DNA from: Lobosporangium transversale
Lineage: Eukaryota
NCBI RefSeq assembly: GCF_002105155.1
Contig: NW_019029005.1
Coordinates: 62,001 to 126,000, forward strand
DNA length: 64,000 nucleotides
Direction: 5' to 3'
Made by a program: the position numbers and the translations under genes
In this document: piece after piece, positions 1 through 11,287 of the stretch
Layout: each line of letters opens with the position of its first letter
How positions within the stretch are numbered: position 1 is the stretch's first letter
Notes under the pieces: model-generated
Databases searched by the model: none
What the model was told of the DNA's origin: nothing
What the model saw: only the letters and a program-made list of their open reading frames with translations

Positions 1-645
1 TTTTTTTTTTTGGATGATGAATGGTCTACACTTACTCTATGGACAGTGGAGTCACCGCAGCTGATTTAGCACTAGCGCAAAGTGTTGCTGCAATCGAGTT
101 AACAGAGGCTGAAAACAGGATGATCAGGTCTTTAAACGACTGTGTTTCTCGATTGAGCAAATGATCTGTGAGGCTAAGCAGGCTTTAGACCAAGCGACAA
201 AATCCACTGGTATGCGAGTTTTTCGCTTTATGAAGTGTGTAAGTTATAGAATACATATATATCCCATCATCAATCAATTCAACCATGTTCTTAAAATGCT
301 ATTAATTATAAATCTGACGAAATTTTATTTATTTATTTCTAACTCTTCCATTGCGATGATACCTCAACCTATCTTTTACATAGATGAGAAGGAATCGCTG
401 AAACAGAAGAAAGTATTAGAGACGATGCTGAAGATCAAGATGACGACGATACTCAATCTGTAGATCAGGATCAAGAGGAGCACGGAACGAGCAATAGATA
501 TTCAATAGAGGCCACGAGGCAATATGAAGATAGCACAGGTCAGAAATTACAAAACAGCAATCCTAATGGCGAAAATAACAGGTCCTCATTAGCATCCCCT
601 CTCAGTAACAGTATGAATCCACTACCACTATGGAACCGCCTCTGA
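1..645 (+). CDS. 3' part of a hypothetical protein (helical segment then acidic tail), probably truncated by the window edge
   Basis: Reading ...AADLALAQSVAAIELTEAENRMIRSLNDCVSRL/MICEAKQALDQATKSTGMRV; GTAAGT donor near 239 and TAG acceptor near 383; last exon EGIAETEESIRDDAEDQDDDD...PLPLWNRL ends at TGA 643-645. Confidence 0.5.
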
Positions 646-962
646 CCATGGTGACATGAGAGAACTAGTACAATCTTTTCCGTCTTTCTTACTTTCCAAT
701 ATTATGTATTGCCTATGTTTATACTCTCTTTATTTCTAAAGAAAAAGAAAAATACCCAGGAACATATAGCGCACCATCATAGTTACAGTTTTGTTTTAAT
801 TTAGTCAGCATCAGAAGGAAAAATATATATAGTTTATTAAAACGTCTGATAAGATTAAAAATTTTTAATAGGATGATAATGCAGGTGTGCTGATGCAGAA
901 TTTTCTTTTTTTTTTTTTAGCATGTATATATATAACCGTTATTGATGCCTTGTTTGATTTCC

Positions 963-2212
963 TTAATATCCAAAACCAAGGCCTACACTCTTGCCCTTCT
1001 TCATCTGCTGTCGGATCTTGAGACCTTCTCGGAATTGTTTTTCTAGATCCCTATTCACTTGTCGGCCTACCATACTATCGATTGCAGAGTCCGCATTGGT
1101 ATGTTGGCTCGAATTAGCAAATGAGCCCAATGATCCGAACAATCCACCACCTGTTTTGTAGTCTTAGTTGAGGTGGTAAAAGGAGATAAAGATGGTGATG
1201 AACTTCCTTCAGAAGTACTCACGGCTTTTTCGCACCGAGAAGACGCAAGAATTTGTTTGTTTGCTTTTCATCACCCAAATCAGCTTGGCTCCAATCGTTC
1301 CAGCGTTTTTGTCCGACAGATACTTCTGATTCTGGCACAGAAATAGAAGTAGAAGTAGAGGTAGAGACAGAAGCAGAAGGCGATGATTCCTTTGCTTTGT
1401 TTTCTTCCTTATTGTCCTTCTTTTCCTTCTTCTCCTTCTTTTCTTCCTTTCCTTCTTTTCCTTCTTTTCTGATTTTTCCTTCTTCTGCTTATTCTCCTTC
1501 TTGGCCTCGTTGTCCTTCTTCTCCTTCTTGTCAGCTTTCTCTTCTCCTTCTTGTCAGCTTTGTCTTTCTTCTCCTTCTTGCTAATTTTCTCCTTTCCCTC
1601 CTTGTCAGCTTTATCCTTCTTTTCTTTTTATCCTTGTTCTCCTCCTTTTCAGTCTTATTAACCTTCAATTCTTCCTTGTTAGACCTGTCTTCTTCTTCTT
1701 TTTATCTTGCTTCTCGGATATGTCTCCTGTTACTTTTTTCTTTTCCTGCTCCTTCTTCTTTTCCTCCTTTTCTTCTTTTTCCTTCTTCTTTTCCTCCTTA
1801 TCCTTCTTGTCTTTGCTTTCCTTCTTTCTTTCTTTACTTTCTTTTCCTTGTTTTCCTTGTTTTCCTTGTTTTCCTTGTTTTCCTTCTTCTTCTCCTTCTC
1901 CTTCTCTTCTCCTTCTTCTTCTTCTTCTCCTTCTCCTCCTTCTCCTTCATTTCAGAATTGTCAGGCTTGATCTAGGCTCGTCCTTTCCCTTTTCCTTCTT
2001 TTCTTTAGAGCCTTCACCGGAGTGTCCTCCATTTCTAATAGACAAAATAGAGAGAAGAAAAAGAAGAAAAAAAAAAAATCAAGTCATTGTCATAGTTAGT
2101 AGCTTTTAAAAATATACTTTATTTATTATCTTTATTTATATTTTCATTTCCAGTTTAAAATATTTATAAAGTCACCTGCTGCAGTGCGTTTCTTGCTCTT
2201 GTGCTCTGTCAT
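963..2212 (-). CDS. Lys/Glu-rich protein with C-terminal SMAP (small acidic protein-like) domain, KNOP1-like putative nucleolar protein
   Basis: ATG at 2212 (MTEHKSKKRTAA), one intron about 2036-2175, long K/E low-complexity tract. C-terminus reads WNDWSQADLGDEKQTNKFLRLLGAKK...RDLEKQFREGLKIRQQMKKGKSVGLGFGY*, matching the SMAP-family KFLRLxG and GLGF motifs. Several indels. Confidence 0.75.
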
Positions 2213-2327
2213 GACTTTATTGATTTATAAAAAAAAAAAAAAAAAAAAAAAAAAGTAGAGGATGCTTTTTAATGAATGAGAAAAAGAAGCTCTTGGTGGT
2301 GGATAAAAACAACAGGGAGGGGGAAAG

Positions 2328-2359
<32 letters not shown>

Positions 2360-2994
2360 AAAGGGAGAGCAAAGCCACCGAAAAAACAATAATATACACA
2401 ACCCTCACAACACGCATCGTCCTACGACGATTCTATTTATACTTTTTACAATTAACATGATGGGAAGGAAAGACAAAAGGGGTCTCTCCTATCGTAAAGA
2501 GTCCTCATATCCTACCAGCATTCTTTACAGTTTTCTTACATAGTGCACAATATGTCACATATTATGCAACCAGTGTTTCACCAGTGGATCTTGCACTATG
2601 GTGTAGGATTTTTTTTTTTTTTTTCGATGCACCACTCAGAAAACCCTCACTGTCGGTGGTTTCTGCTATGGTGTACCAAGGGTGCACCGGATATTTCTGT
2701 TCTATATACATCATGCCGCTACTTAAAGATCAGCGTTGCACCGTACGTCAAGCCCATCGGTAAAAATAATATCTGACTGATGAAAAAAATGCACCGGTAT
2801 CACTTATGATACAGTATTGGAATGTTGCCACCATTTTACAAGTCGCAATTCTATTTAGTTTGCCATGTGTCAGGTTAATTTTCTTTTTTGAGACTTGGGA
2901 TAGCCTGCAGGGCTGCTTAATCAAAGGGAATTATCAAACAGATTCTCCAAGTACCACCCTCTACGCGCCATTTGTTGACATTGATATTAATATC

Positions 2995-3650
2995 ATGCGC
3001 AGCAGCTTTGAATTACATTCTCTGGGTCTTTCAGGAATCATCTCACATGCCGAGAGCTTCCTCGATAAAGAAGACCTCTTGAAGTGTATCTGTATCTCCA
3101 AAATCTTCAAAATGCACTTGAACAGCTTCATATGGAGAAGCATCGATATTTATAGACCGAACTATCCTACTGGCGAAGCTTTGCAGAAACAGATTGAGCA
3201 AAACATTAAGCTCTTTATATATATATATAAGAAAGAGAGTGACGCCTGTATAGCTCAATGGAGGTATAGATTCATTGTTTTGCCATGGTGCTTAATATAA
3301 ACTTATATAAAGAGGCAGTGTTTACAACGCTCATAATAAATAAGAACAAGAATACGTCTGGAAGCCATAGTAAGAAGGAGATGCTTTCTTCGGGTGAGTG
3401 GCCTCCTTTGGTGAGGTAATAGCGGCGAATATACAAGGTGTTGATGAAGCATTTACAGCAGTCAACCACGCGTTTGAGTTGGTCTGATATTGTGATGCCT
3501 GTATTGCTGATCATTGTAGAGTGCTAGGTCAGCGCGTATCAAAGAGGCCTGTATGGCGTACTGAACCACAAGTCCAAGGAGCAAGGATTCGGAATGTAGA
3601 ATGCTACATATCAAATAGCGGGTCTTGGACATCTAAAGGGCATAGTGATG
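2995..3650 (+). pseudogene. Degenerate F-box(-LRR)-like gene
   Basis: LHSLGLSGIISHAESFLDKEDLLKCICISKIFKMHLNSFIWRSIDI...YPTGEALQK is F-box-like. Downstream frames contain stops. Paralogous to 9562-9886. Right end is approximate. Confidence 0.55.
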
Positions 3651-4036
3651 ATAGAAGCAAGAGAAAATAAATGCTACCAATCTCATCTAAGTTTACATAA
3701 GCGTAAAGGCTTCGTTGCTGTTGCTTGTCTGAAATTGAGTTGACTAGTTTGATCCAAGAATGCGTGAATAGCAGATCCATGTTATAGTTTTTTAAGTTTT
3801 TTTTCTTGGCAAGCTGCATTAACAACTACAATAATAAATAAACAAAATAAAAGTAAAGTCAAATAAAGGAAGAGAGGAAGAGCAACTCATTCTAGGGGAT
3901 TGTCGTTCTTTGCATGACCGACGGAGAAGAAGAGGATCTGCGCGATTGATTTTTCTTCATGGATATACAAACCCACAGTGTCGGTCCGATAAACCTCAAA
4001 CCTCAGAGCTGAATTTTGATCCGCCGGACTTGTAGA

Positions 4037-4344
4037 TTTTCTTGGCATGCCAAGAAAAAATAGAAAAAAAGTTCGCTGTCACACAGATCATGCTAATAAT
4101 GATAGAGCACCAGCGTCAATTAGAAAAACTTTTTACTTTGAAATGTATTGAAATCTGAATCGAAATGACAAAGAGCCGAAAAATAAAATTTCTTGGCACA
4201 GCCATTTTTTATTTCAGCCAAGCAAAAAAGAACCGACGATAACCCTAAATGGCCACATGCCATCCGCACGAGTACACTCTTTTCACCGGGATCAAGATCT
4301 CCCTCAGAAACGCTAATTGCGCGTGGGCCATCGTCATTCTTGGC
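4037..4344. promoter_or_regulatory. Cluster of GCCAAG/CTTGGC (PacC/Rim101-type) sites, including the perfect palindrome TTTTCTTGGCATGCCAAGAAAA
   Basis: Sites at 4041, 4049, 4192, 4217 and 4339 (a further one at 3805), 300-600 bp upstream of the ATG at 4661. Confidence 0.45.
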
Positions 4345-4660
4345 TTGAGCTTTTCCCACATTATCACTTTCGGTTTTGGTTCTTAATTGGTTTTCATAAT
4401 ATATATAAAGACACAAGATCCTCCCTCCGCTTCCATAAAAAAATTAGTTTATCATCATCATCATCAATAACAGAGAACAGTACAAAGACGCCTCTTTTAA
4501 ACTAGTCAGCAAATTCACTCCAACGCACAAACCATTCTTTTAACTTCATTCGTGTGTTACCTTTCCCTTAAACTATATTCCTCGAAAGCCTCCTTACTGA
4601 ACACTCTCTTTTTCACCCATCTTTCTTCACCCTCCTCCTTTCCATTCTTAATAAACAATA

Positions 4661-5322
4661 ATGCAATCAACGTTGACGAAACCATGCATCGCCCAGGGAC
4701 ACCGTGAGTGTGTCCGGGGTTTCCACACAGAGGACTGCCACAAGTGCACTCGTGGATCGGTACCTTGCGTCATGTGCCATCCAAGCCTACCCTCAAGGGA
4801 CTCATCATCCTGCAATTCTGCTTTGAAGGTCGTAGGGAATGTAATGAATGCTTTGGGCTGGGTCACACCCGACGCATTTGTCAACCCTGCATCAAGGAAC
4901 ATTATCGCGGCCGGACCCCAAAGGCCAAGGCTGTGAAAAAAGTCAAGAGTCAGCTAGAGTTTGCACAGGAACAGTTCTCAAAGAGTGTGGATTCTCTCAC
5001 TAACGTCATTACTTCTACCACAAACTCGCTTGATGAAGTCATTGGGACTTTCAAATGGGGAAATAAGAGCGAACCGGATGTATCATCCCATGGTCTTGCT
5101 GCTACAACGACAACTACTGCAGACAATGAGAATGCTTCCACCCCAACAACTATCTCTCCTCGACCTTCTGTTTCATCTTCATCATCAGTATTCACTTCTA
5201 TTATCAAGCGAGGCAGGAATAATTTACTGGAAGTCTTGATGATGGTAGCAAGACACACCGTCGCAAGTGGTCATGGTCTTCCTTTACGAGCATGCCTAAC
5301 ACCTCCACCGCAGCATGAATAA
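4661..5322 (+). CDS. DnaJ-type (CxxCxGxG-like) zinc-finger protein without J-domain, paralog A
   Basis: Joining ORFs 4661 and 4708 across a 1-bp gap near 4812 gives TKPC...ECVRG...CHKCTRG...CVMC...CxFCFEGRRECNECFGLG...CQPC, followed by an S/T-rich tail. Confidence 0.7.
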
Positions 5323-6057
5323 GGAGCAAACAACCAAACAAACAAGCAAACAAAAAAGATCCTTTCGATTCCTCCCCACTTGTATATTAGTTTCATCTTA
5401 TAGCATTCACACGACTTCATATTTCTTTGTTAAAATATTCCGCTTATGATACTCCTTCTTCTTTGCAATGATAACGAATAACGAAATTAAAGAGACATTA
5501 ATTTTTTCCATCTTAATCTTCCGTACTCACTTCCCCCCCCCCCTGGATCCCTTCCCACACCCCTTTCTGTAACCATTCCTTTTGATCCATCGAATGGATA
5601 AGATTGTCGAATTATGATTTGATTGCATATTAATATTTTTGAAATTATAGTTGTTATGCAATTTTGTTGAGGATAACGCACGATTCAGGGCAACATGCAG
5701 TAGATCCATTTCCTTCGAACGTCCATGTGCATGTAGTGGAAGTAGAAGCACGACACAGCTATTACGTGCATGAGCCAAATGAATATAATCTATACAAACA
5801 TTGAGATATACAAAACAACATTACATACTCTTGTAAATTTGATTTCCCCCTGATATCCGTTTATTATGCAAAATAAAACTCATGCATGAACCATGTAATC
5901 CATGCGTTACGAAATATTATTCTGTTTAGAATTGAAAAGGTTGAAAAGTCGTCCAAACATTGGTGCACAAGATCTCAGGGGCGAAGCATAAGGCAAAGAA
6001 GCGCCCTTTTTCTTTTAGTTTGGATAATTTGTACAACTTGATTGATTCCTTTGAAGG

Positions 6058-6097
<40 letters not shown>

Positions 6098-7543
6098 CGA
6101 ATTAGACAGAATAGAGGATAGAATGGTCGCCTCGATAATCCAAACGGCCCAGGCGCATAGTATAAAAAAAAAAAAAAAATCCTGCAAATATTGCAAACAA
6201 TGCAAACAACACTAACAATTACAATATCATCAATCAATAACATAGACGCACCCACCACCCTGTTTTGTGGCTCAAACAGTCTTGCCATCACTTTCTCTTC
6301 TCTTCTCTCTCTTCTACATCACCTTTCTCTCTCTCTCTCTCTCTCTCCTCTGCCTCTTTCATTCAAATGCTTTTATTCCTTTATCCTTTGTCTCATTTCC
6401 TTTCATTAACTGATCACTCAACACAGCACATCAATTTGAATATTCTTTTATTTATTCAGCTTTGCTCTCATATTCTTCCTCAATCTGTTCACTAATAGTC
6501 TACAGGGGCCTTTTTCTTTCTTTCTTTTTCTTTCACTTTCAGGTATTGTACAAGGTCAAGTTTGAAGTATTAACGTATTAATCCAGTGAACAGCAGTCAT
6601 GACCCTTCATTGCTAGATCTAAGCTTCATTTGTACACTGTTATATGTACTACAAAAAAAAAAAAAAAAAAAAAAAAATCCAAATGAAGAGTAGGTTAACC
6701 ATGAAATGGATGTATAATACGCAAAGAAGAAGAAAAAGGAAAAAAAAAAAAATTTCTCATCATTTTCCTTTCCTTTCACCCTTTTTCTTCATAGTCATGG
6801 GTTTATTGCCAGTGGAGAGGAAAGAGTGTTGACAAGGTCGCTAATTGGATATCCATCTTCAAATTTGTTTTCATTCATGCAGTGCAACATTGATATAAAG
6901 AACTTTATAACAATAAATATGTACATGTATATATATATTACATGTCCCTTCCACCCCACAATACCACAAAATAATAAAAAAGAGCAGGGTGTCTGTATAA
7001 TAAGATGTAGAAAGAATTGGTGTTTGTAAAAAAGGTTTGCTTTTTCTGCTTTTTCTGCTCTTCTGGTGCATGCCCTTTTTTAGGATTTATTGTTTTGATC
7101 TGTGTGTCCGAATGCACAGGACATCCAACATGTGGACATCTTTTGTTTTCAAGGCGTCTTTTCCCCTTGCAGAGAGTTTGAATGGCTCAGTAGAACATCC
7201 ACTAACCACTTATAAATACTTCTTTATACTTTATATCCTAAATAGGTCTACCCAAATCGATCTTCCTCTCCTCATCCCACTCCTCCTTTCTGTGCCCTTT
7301 TGTCCTTTTTGTCCCTTTATCCTTTTTGTTCCTTTAGCATTCTTCACCCCCCTCCTTCCCCTCACTTCACGACCCGGTTTTTTAAAACACTTTGTGTTTC
7401 CTCTTTCTCGGGTCGGATGATCCCATTCCTTCAGCAACAACGACAACAATAACGACAATAACAATAGCAGCAATAATAAGTTTCATCCAACAATCTCATT
7501 CAGTTGTTTCCTCTTCATTCATCATCTCATTCGTGTCATAACA

Positions 7544-9034
7544 ATGTTCAGACCAGATGTCGAAGGTACCACCTTATTTCGAAACCATCAAAAATTCAGC
7601 AGTCTCTATGCATGGCACACGCGCGCATTTACGGCTTGTACGGATGTAACTAAACTAAAAGTAACTTTTTTTTTTTTTTTTCTGTCCTTTTGATTGGGCC
7701 TATAGAGTCGGTTTCACTTTTCATATCCTTGGCATGTATCTCAGTCATGTCCTTACTCTTTGGTCGCAAGACCTCTGGGACACGATAGGAACCATCAACT
7801 ATGCACGAGGGCTCGTCATTTCTTTATACTTGGTCTCCTGGGCCTTTTCTTTCGTCGCCACTATGCTGACTCAGACCAACAACTTTAATACCATATCCTG
7901 CAGTATGTCCATCCTCTCTTGTATCGTCCTCTATGCTCTGTCCAAGATTATCATCTACCTCTTCTTGATGGAAAAGGTCTACGTCGTCACTGCTGTGGGT
8001 TCTACACGAAAAGACTTTCCAGTAAGCAGAGATTACCGAAAGAAAAGAAATATCATGGCCAAGGATATAAGTACCAATAATGAACAACGAACGCGCCATC
8101 GTATTCGCACATGTATTAATCATAGCTCTTCTTCCATTTAATTCACCATTCACTTTATAGCTATACAGAATCAATATGGTCTTGATGCTACCATTCGTAG
8201 GGATTCTGGCCCTGATGTTCATTTATAGAGTGTCCAAGGTCAACGAGGTGACAGGGATCTGTCAAATTGGTTTGAAACTCGAAGCAACCCTTCCTTTAAT
8301 TCTTTACGACACCTCCTTTCTTCCTGGTTGACTGCCTTGTTTATTCGCCCCCTCATGAGCTCGACCTCCCTTCTTCAGGGCCCCTCCAAGGGCAAGCTTC
8401 GAGATGTGGCTCGGAGGACATTAATGGGATGTATCATTGCTTTGGTCCTTAGTTCCGCAAACGTCTTTACCTTGGTCTACTTCAAAGGAGAAGAAAGAGG
8501 CTTAATTTGCTTGGCCTCTTGTACCTTGGACGTTACCTTGAACGCCATCACCATCCATTGGGTCACCTCCCGTGGAGGTGGGCGCTATGCTGGAACCGCA
8601 AGATCAAGAGATCGGCGGGTGGTGAGCGGGCTACCTGGTATACATAGCTATACTGGTGCTGGTCCTGGTACGTACCGTTACTCTGTAAACGAGAAACAGG
8701 TCGCACCTTTAGATTCACATTTATCTATCACAGTCGAGTCATACGTGGAAGAGTATCACCAAATGCACTATAGCAGCAATAACAACAGCAACAACACTAA
8801 TAGCAACAGCGTCAGCAAAATCAATGGCGTAGGAAGCAAAAGCGATAGTGGCGGTGCTGGTGGTGCCAGTAACAGTAGCAGTGGTAGCGGCAGTGGTAGT
8901 GGTAGTGGTAGTGGTAGTGGTAGTGGTAGTGGTAGTGGTAGTGGTAGTGGTAGTGGTAGTGGCAGCAGCAATGCTAGTAGTAGTAATGCAATAGTGGTAA
9001 TGGCGGCGGTATTTCTAGCCAAACACATTCCTAA
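7544..9034 (+). CDS. Multi-pass (about 7 TM) GPCR-like membrane protein with Gly/Ser-repeat C-tail
   Basis: ATG 7544 (MFRPDVE), introns about 7566-7705 and 8022-8160. Hydrophobic helices include SLFISLACISVMSLLF, GLVISLYLVSWAFSFVA, ILSCIVLYALSKIIIYLFLMEK, MVLMLPFVGILALMFI, TLMGCIIALVLSSANVFTLV and LICLASCTLDVTLNAITIHW. Likely stop at 9032-9034 if an indel is corrected; the ORF as given runs to 9230. Confidence 0.7.
8876..8965 (+). repeat. (GGTAGT)n coding hexamer repeat encoding (GS)n
   Basis: Directly visible tandem AGTGGT repeat. Confidence 0.9.
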
Positions 9035-9561
9035 CAGAAAACCTTGGAGAAAGACAGCAGACTCTAGTGTATTTGTATATCATAATTCGACCATTTCATG
9101 TAACATTAAAGGCTTTTTTTTTATTTTTTTCGAAAACTCCTGCGTCAAAGAAAAATTTTGCTTCAAAGGGCGATCTGGCAGTTGGTTTTGGAATAGTCGT
9201 AAATGCCTCTGTCCGGATAGCAGCCCCTAAAGCTGTCTACCTTTCGCAGCAGAATAGTATCCATTTTGGAGTACAGGCGGTGTTTATCACAGGATCGTAG
9301 CGTAAAGCTAACATTTGTTCTGTGTCATTTGATGATGGACAACGGGAATAAATTGAAAAAAAAAAAAAAAAAAAAAAAGCTTAGCCTTTCAAGAGATCGG
9401 AAATGACAGCTATTTTCTTTTAGAGATCTTTTTAAAGGCGCAGTCGCAACTGAGTTAACCAGAGTGAAAACTCGCTACTATTCATGGCTATAAATGGGCC
9501 TCGTTCAATATGTTCACCTTGTCGTAGCCAAAACTGTACTCCGTTATCGTCTCTTGGAACC

Positions 9562-9886
9562 ATGAACGGTGCAAAAATACCCTCCGGATCTTCCAGATAT
9601 CATCTTAAATATTGGCAGCTTCCTCAGCCGAAAAGATCCTGTGAGCTGTCTTCGCATCTCCAAGACCTTCCATGATACACTTGTCGGTTCCATATGGAAA
9701 AGCATCGATGTCAATAGCTTTAAGAGGTATCCTACTGGCAAAGCGTTACAGAACTACACGAAATATATTGAGAGCCTACGACACGGTAAAATATCCCCAG
9801 AAGATTACATATTGTTGAAGGGTGTCGAAATCTATGGATATATGCTTATGCTTCAGAGCGATGGCAATCCTAGGCACTGTACCTGA
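9562..9886 (+). pseudogene. Truncated F-box(-LRR)-like gene
   Basis: YPPDLPDIILNIGSFLSRKDPVSCLRISKTFHDTLVGSIWKSIDV...YPTGKALQNY; ends where the retroelement relic begins. Confidence 0.65.
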
Positions 9887-9889
9887 ACC

Positions 9890-10650
9890 CGAGCGGATGC
9901 AACTTCATACTATACATGAGATTGGTTAATCAGATCCATTCTATGCATAAGGCTTGGCCCAATCTCGCCAAGGATTGCCTTGAAAATGCCGACGTTGCGC
10001 AGAATGTCATCGTGTTAATATAGAACGTAAGGGATATCACCCGATGAAAGCAATACATGCACAGCTGCCTGGCGAACACATGGCTGTTGCTCTTGCTGGC
10101 AAGCTACCTTGCACGGCTAATGTCAATGTCAGGCTTCTTGCCTTAGTTGGTGTATGCACAGGATTTGTATTCTTAGTCCCTCTGAAGGATAAATCTTCCA
10201 AAACCATGGCGACTGTATTGTTCAATATTTTTACCCATTGGAGTTCCATGTATCCTGCAATCCGATAACGGCAAAGGATTTGTCCACTAGGTTCTCCAAG
10301 AAATGGCTCAAGAAGGACAAACTCATTTCCTCGATATGAAGGCCCTTTTACTGTTCCGGGGTAATACTGCACTGGCGGACTTCTTGGCCACCATATGCAC
10401 CATCACAATTCAAGCTTGCCTTAGACGATCTTGACGGCGATGATGCTCCTGAAGTTGAATATATTGTCGGCCATCGTACCGCTGCGTCTGACGGAGGGAG
10501 ATACTTCGTAAAATGGGAAGGCTTTCCCGCCTGAAGCCAATATCTGGGAGCTTGAAGGCAATTTCATTGAGAGGAAATGCATCGACAACTATTGGAGCAG
10601 TCGCGGCTTCTTCGTTGATGCAAGATCTCGGCCGCAGCCTCGTTGGAGAC
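9890..10650 (+). mobile_element. Ty3/gypsy (chromovirus-type) LTR-retrotransposon relic: integrase fragments plus chromodomain
   Basis: WPNLAKDC..RCAECHR (integrase Zn region), LPGEH...VCTGFVFLVPLKDKS...SDNGK (rve core), KL.PRYEGPFTV (GPY/F motif), EVEYIVGHR...RYFVKWEGF.PEANIWE...IDNYW (chromodomain). Frameshifted and internally deleted; no LTRs recognised. Confidence 0.85.
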
Positions 10651-11287
10651 TGCAGACCACCAAGCGGCAGCGGCAAAAGTACAGGCAGTTAGATGCACAT
10701 AGCAGTGCTTGCAATGTTGATGGGTAGAACAACATGCAGCAGTGACAAGAGAAGCGCTGTACTAGCGCACGCGACCACTCATAGCTATAAACCCATGGCG
10801 CTAGCAACGGCGATTATTTTGCTTCATATTATTTCTTTCCTCACATTCCTCATTTTATCAAACCTTGGAACGAAATTATGGCCTTATCAATAAGTGACCT
10901 GGCTTAGAAAAGAGATATAAATACTCGTTTCTACTATGAAAATAAAGATCTACATTCTTGTCTCGTCACATTTCAAATTCGTTATTAATCTATATCAGGC
11001 TTGATTCTCTACTGTCGACTCCAATGATGCAATAAACTTAGTAAGCCAGACTCAACCTTCTGCAATGCGCATGGGTATCAAAGATTAGCTGTATAGAGAG
11101 ATTAGTCCCTTAAACTAACAACTATTTCCAAAAGAGGACTGAAGATGTGCCTGATGAGAAAAAAATATATAGCTTTATAGCTTGACTCATCCTTTATTAG
11201 TTCATGATAAATGAGAGAAATAGGATGAATGTGTCTGCCATCGCCGACCATGCTTTTGGTTTGGCAATAGCATTTGAGTCTAGGTTA

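Noticed and set aside
1253..2109. Plus-strand Phe/Leu/Ser-rich ORFs that look like membrane proteins
   Set aside because: They are antisense shadows of the K/E-rich minus-strand gene.
8768..9028. (LP)n minus-strand ORF
   Set aside because: It is the antisense of the (GS)n repeat.
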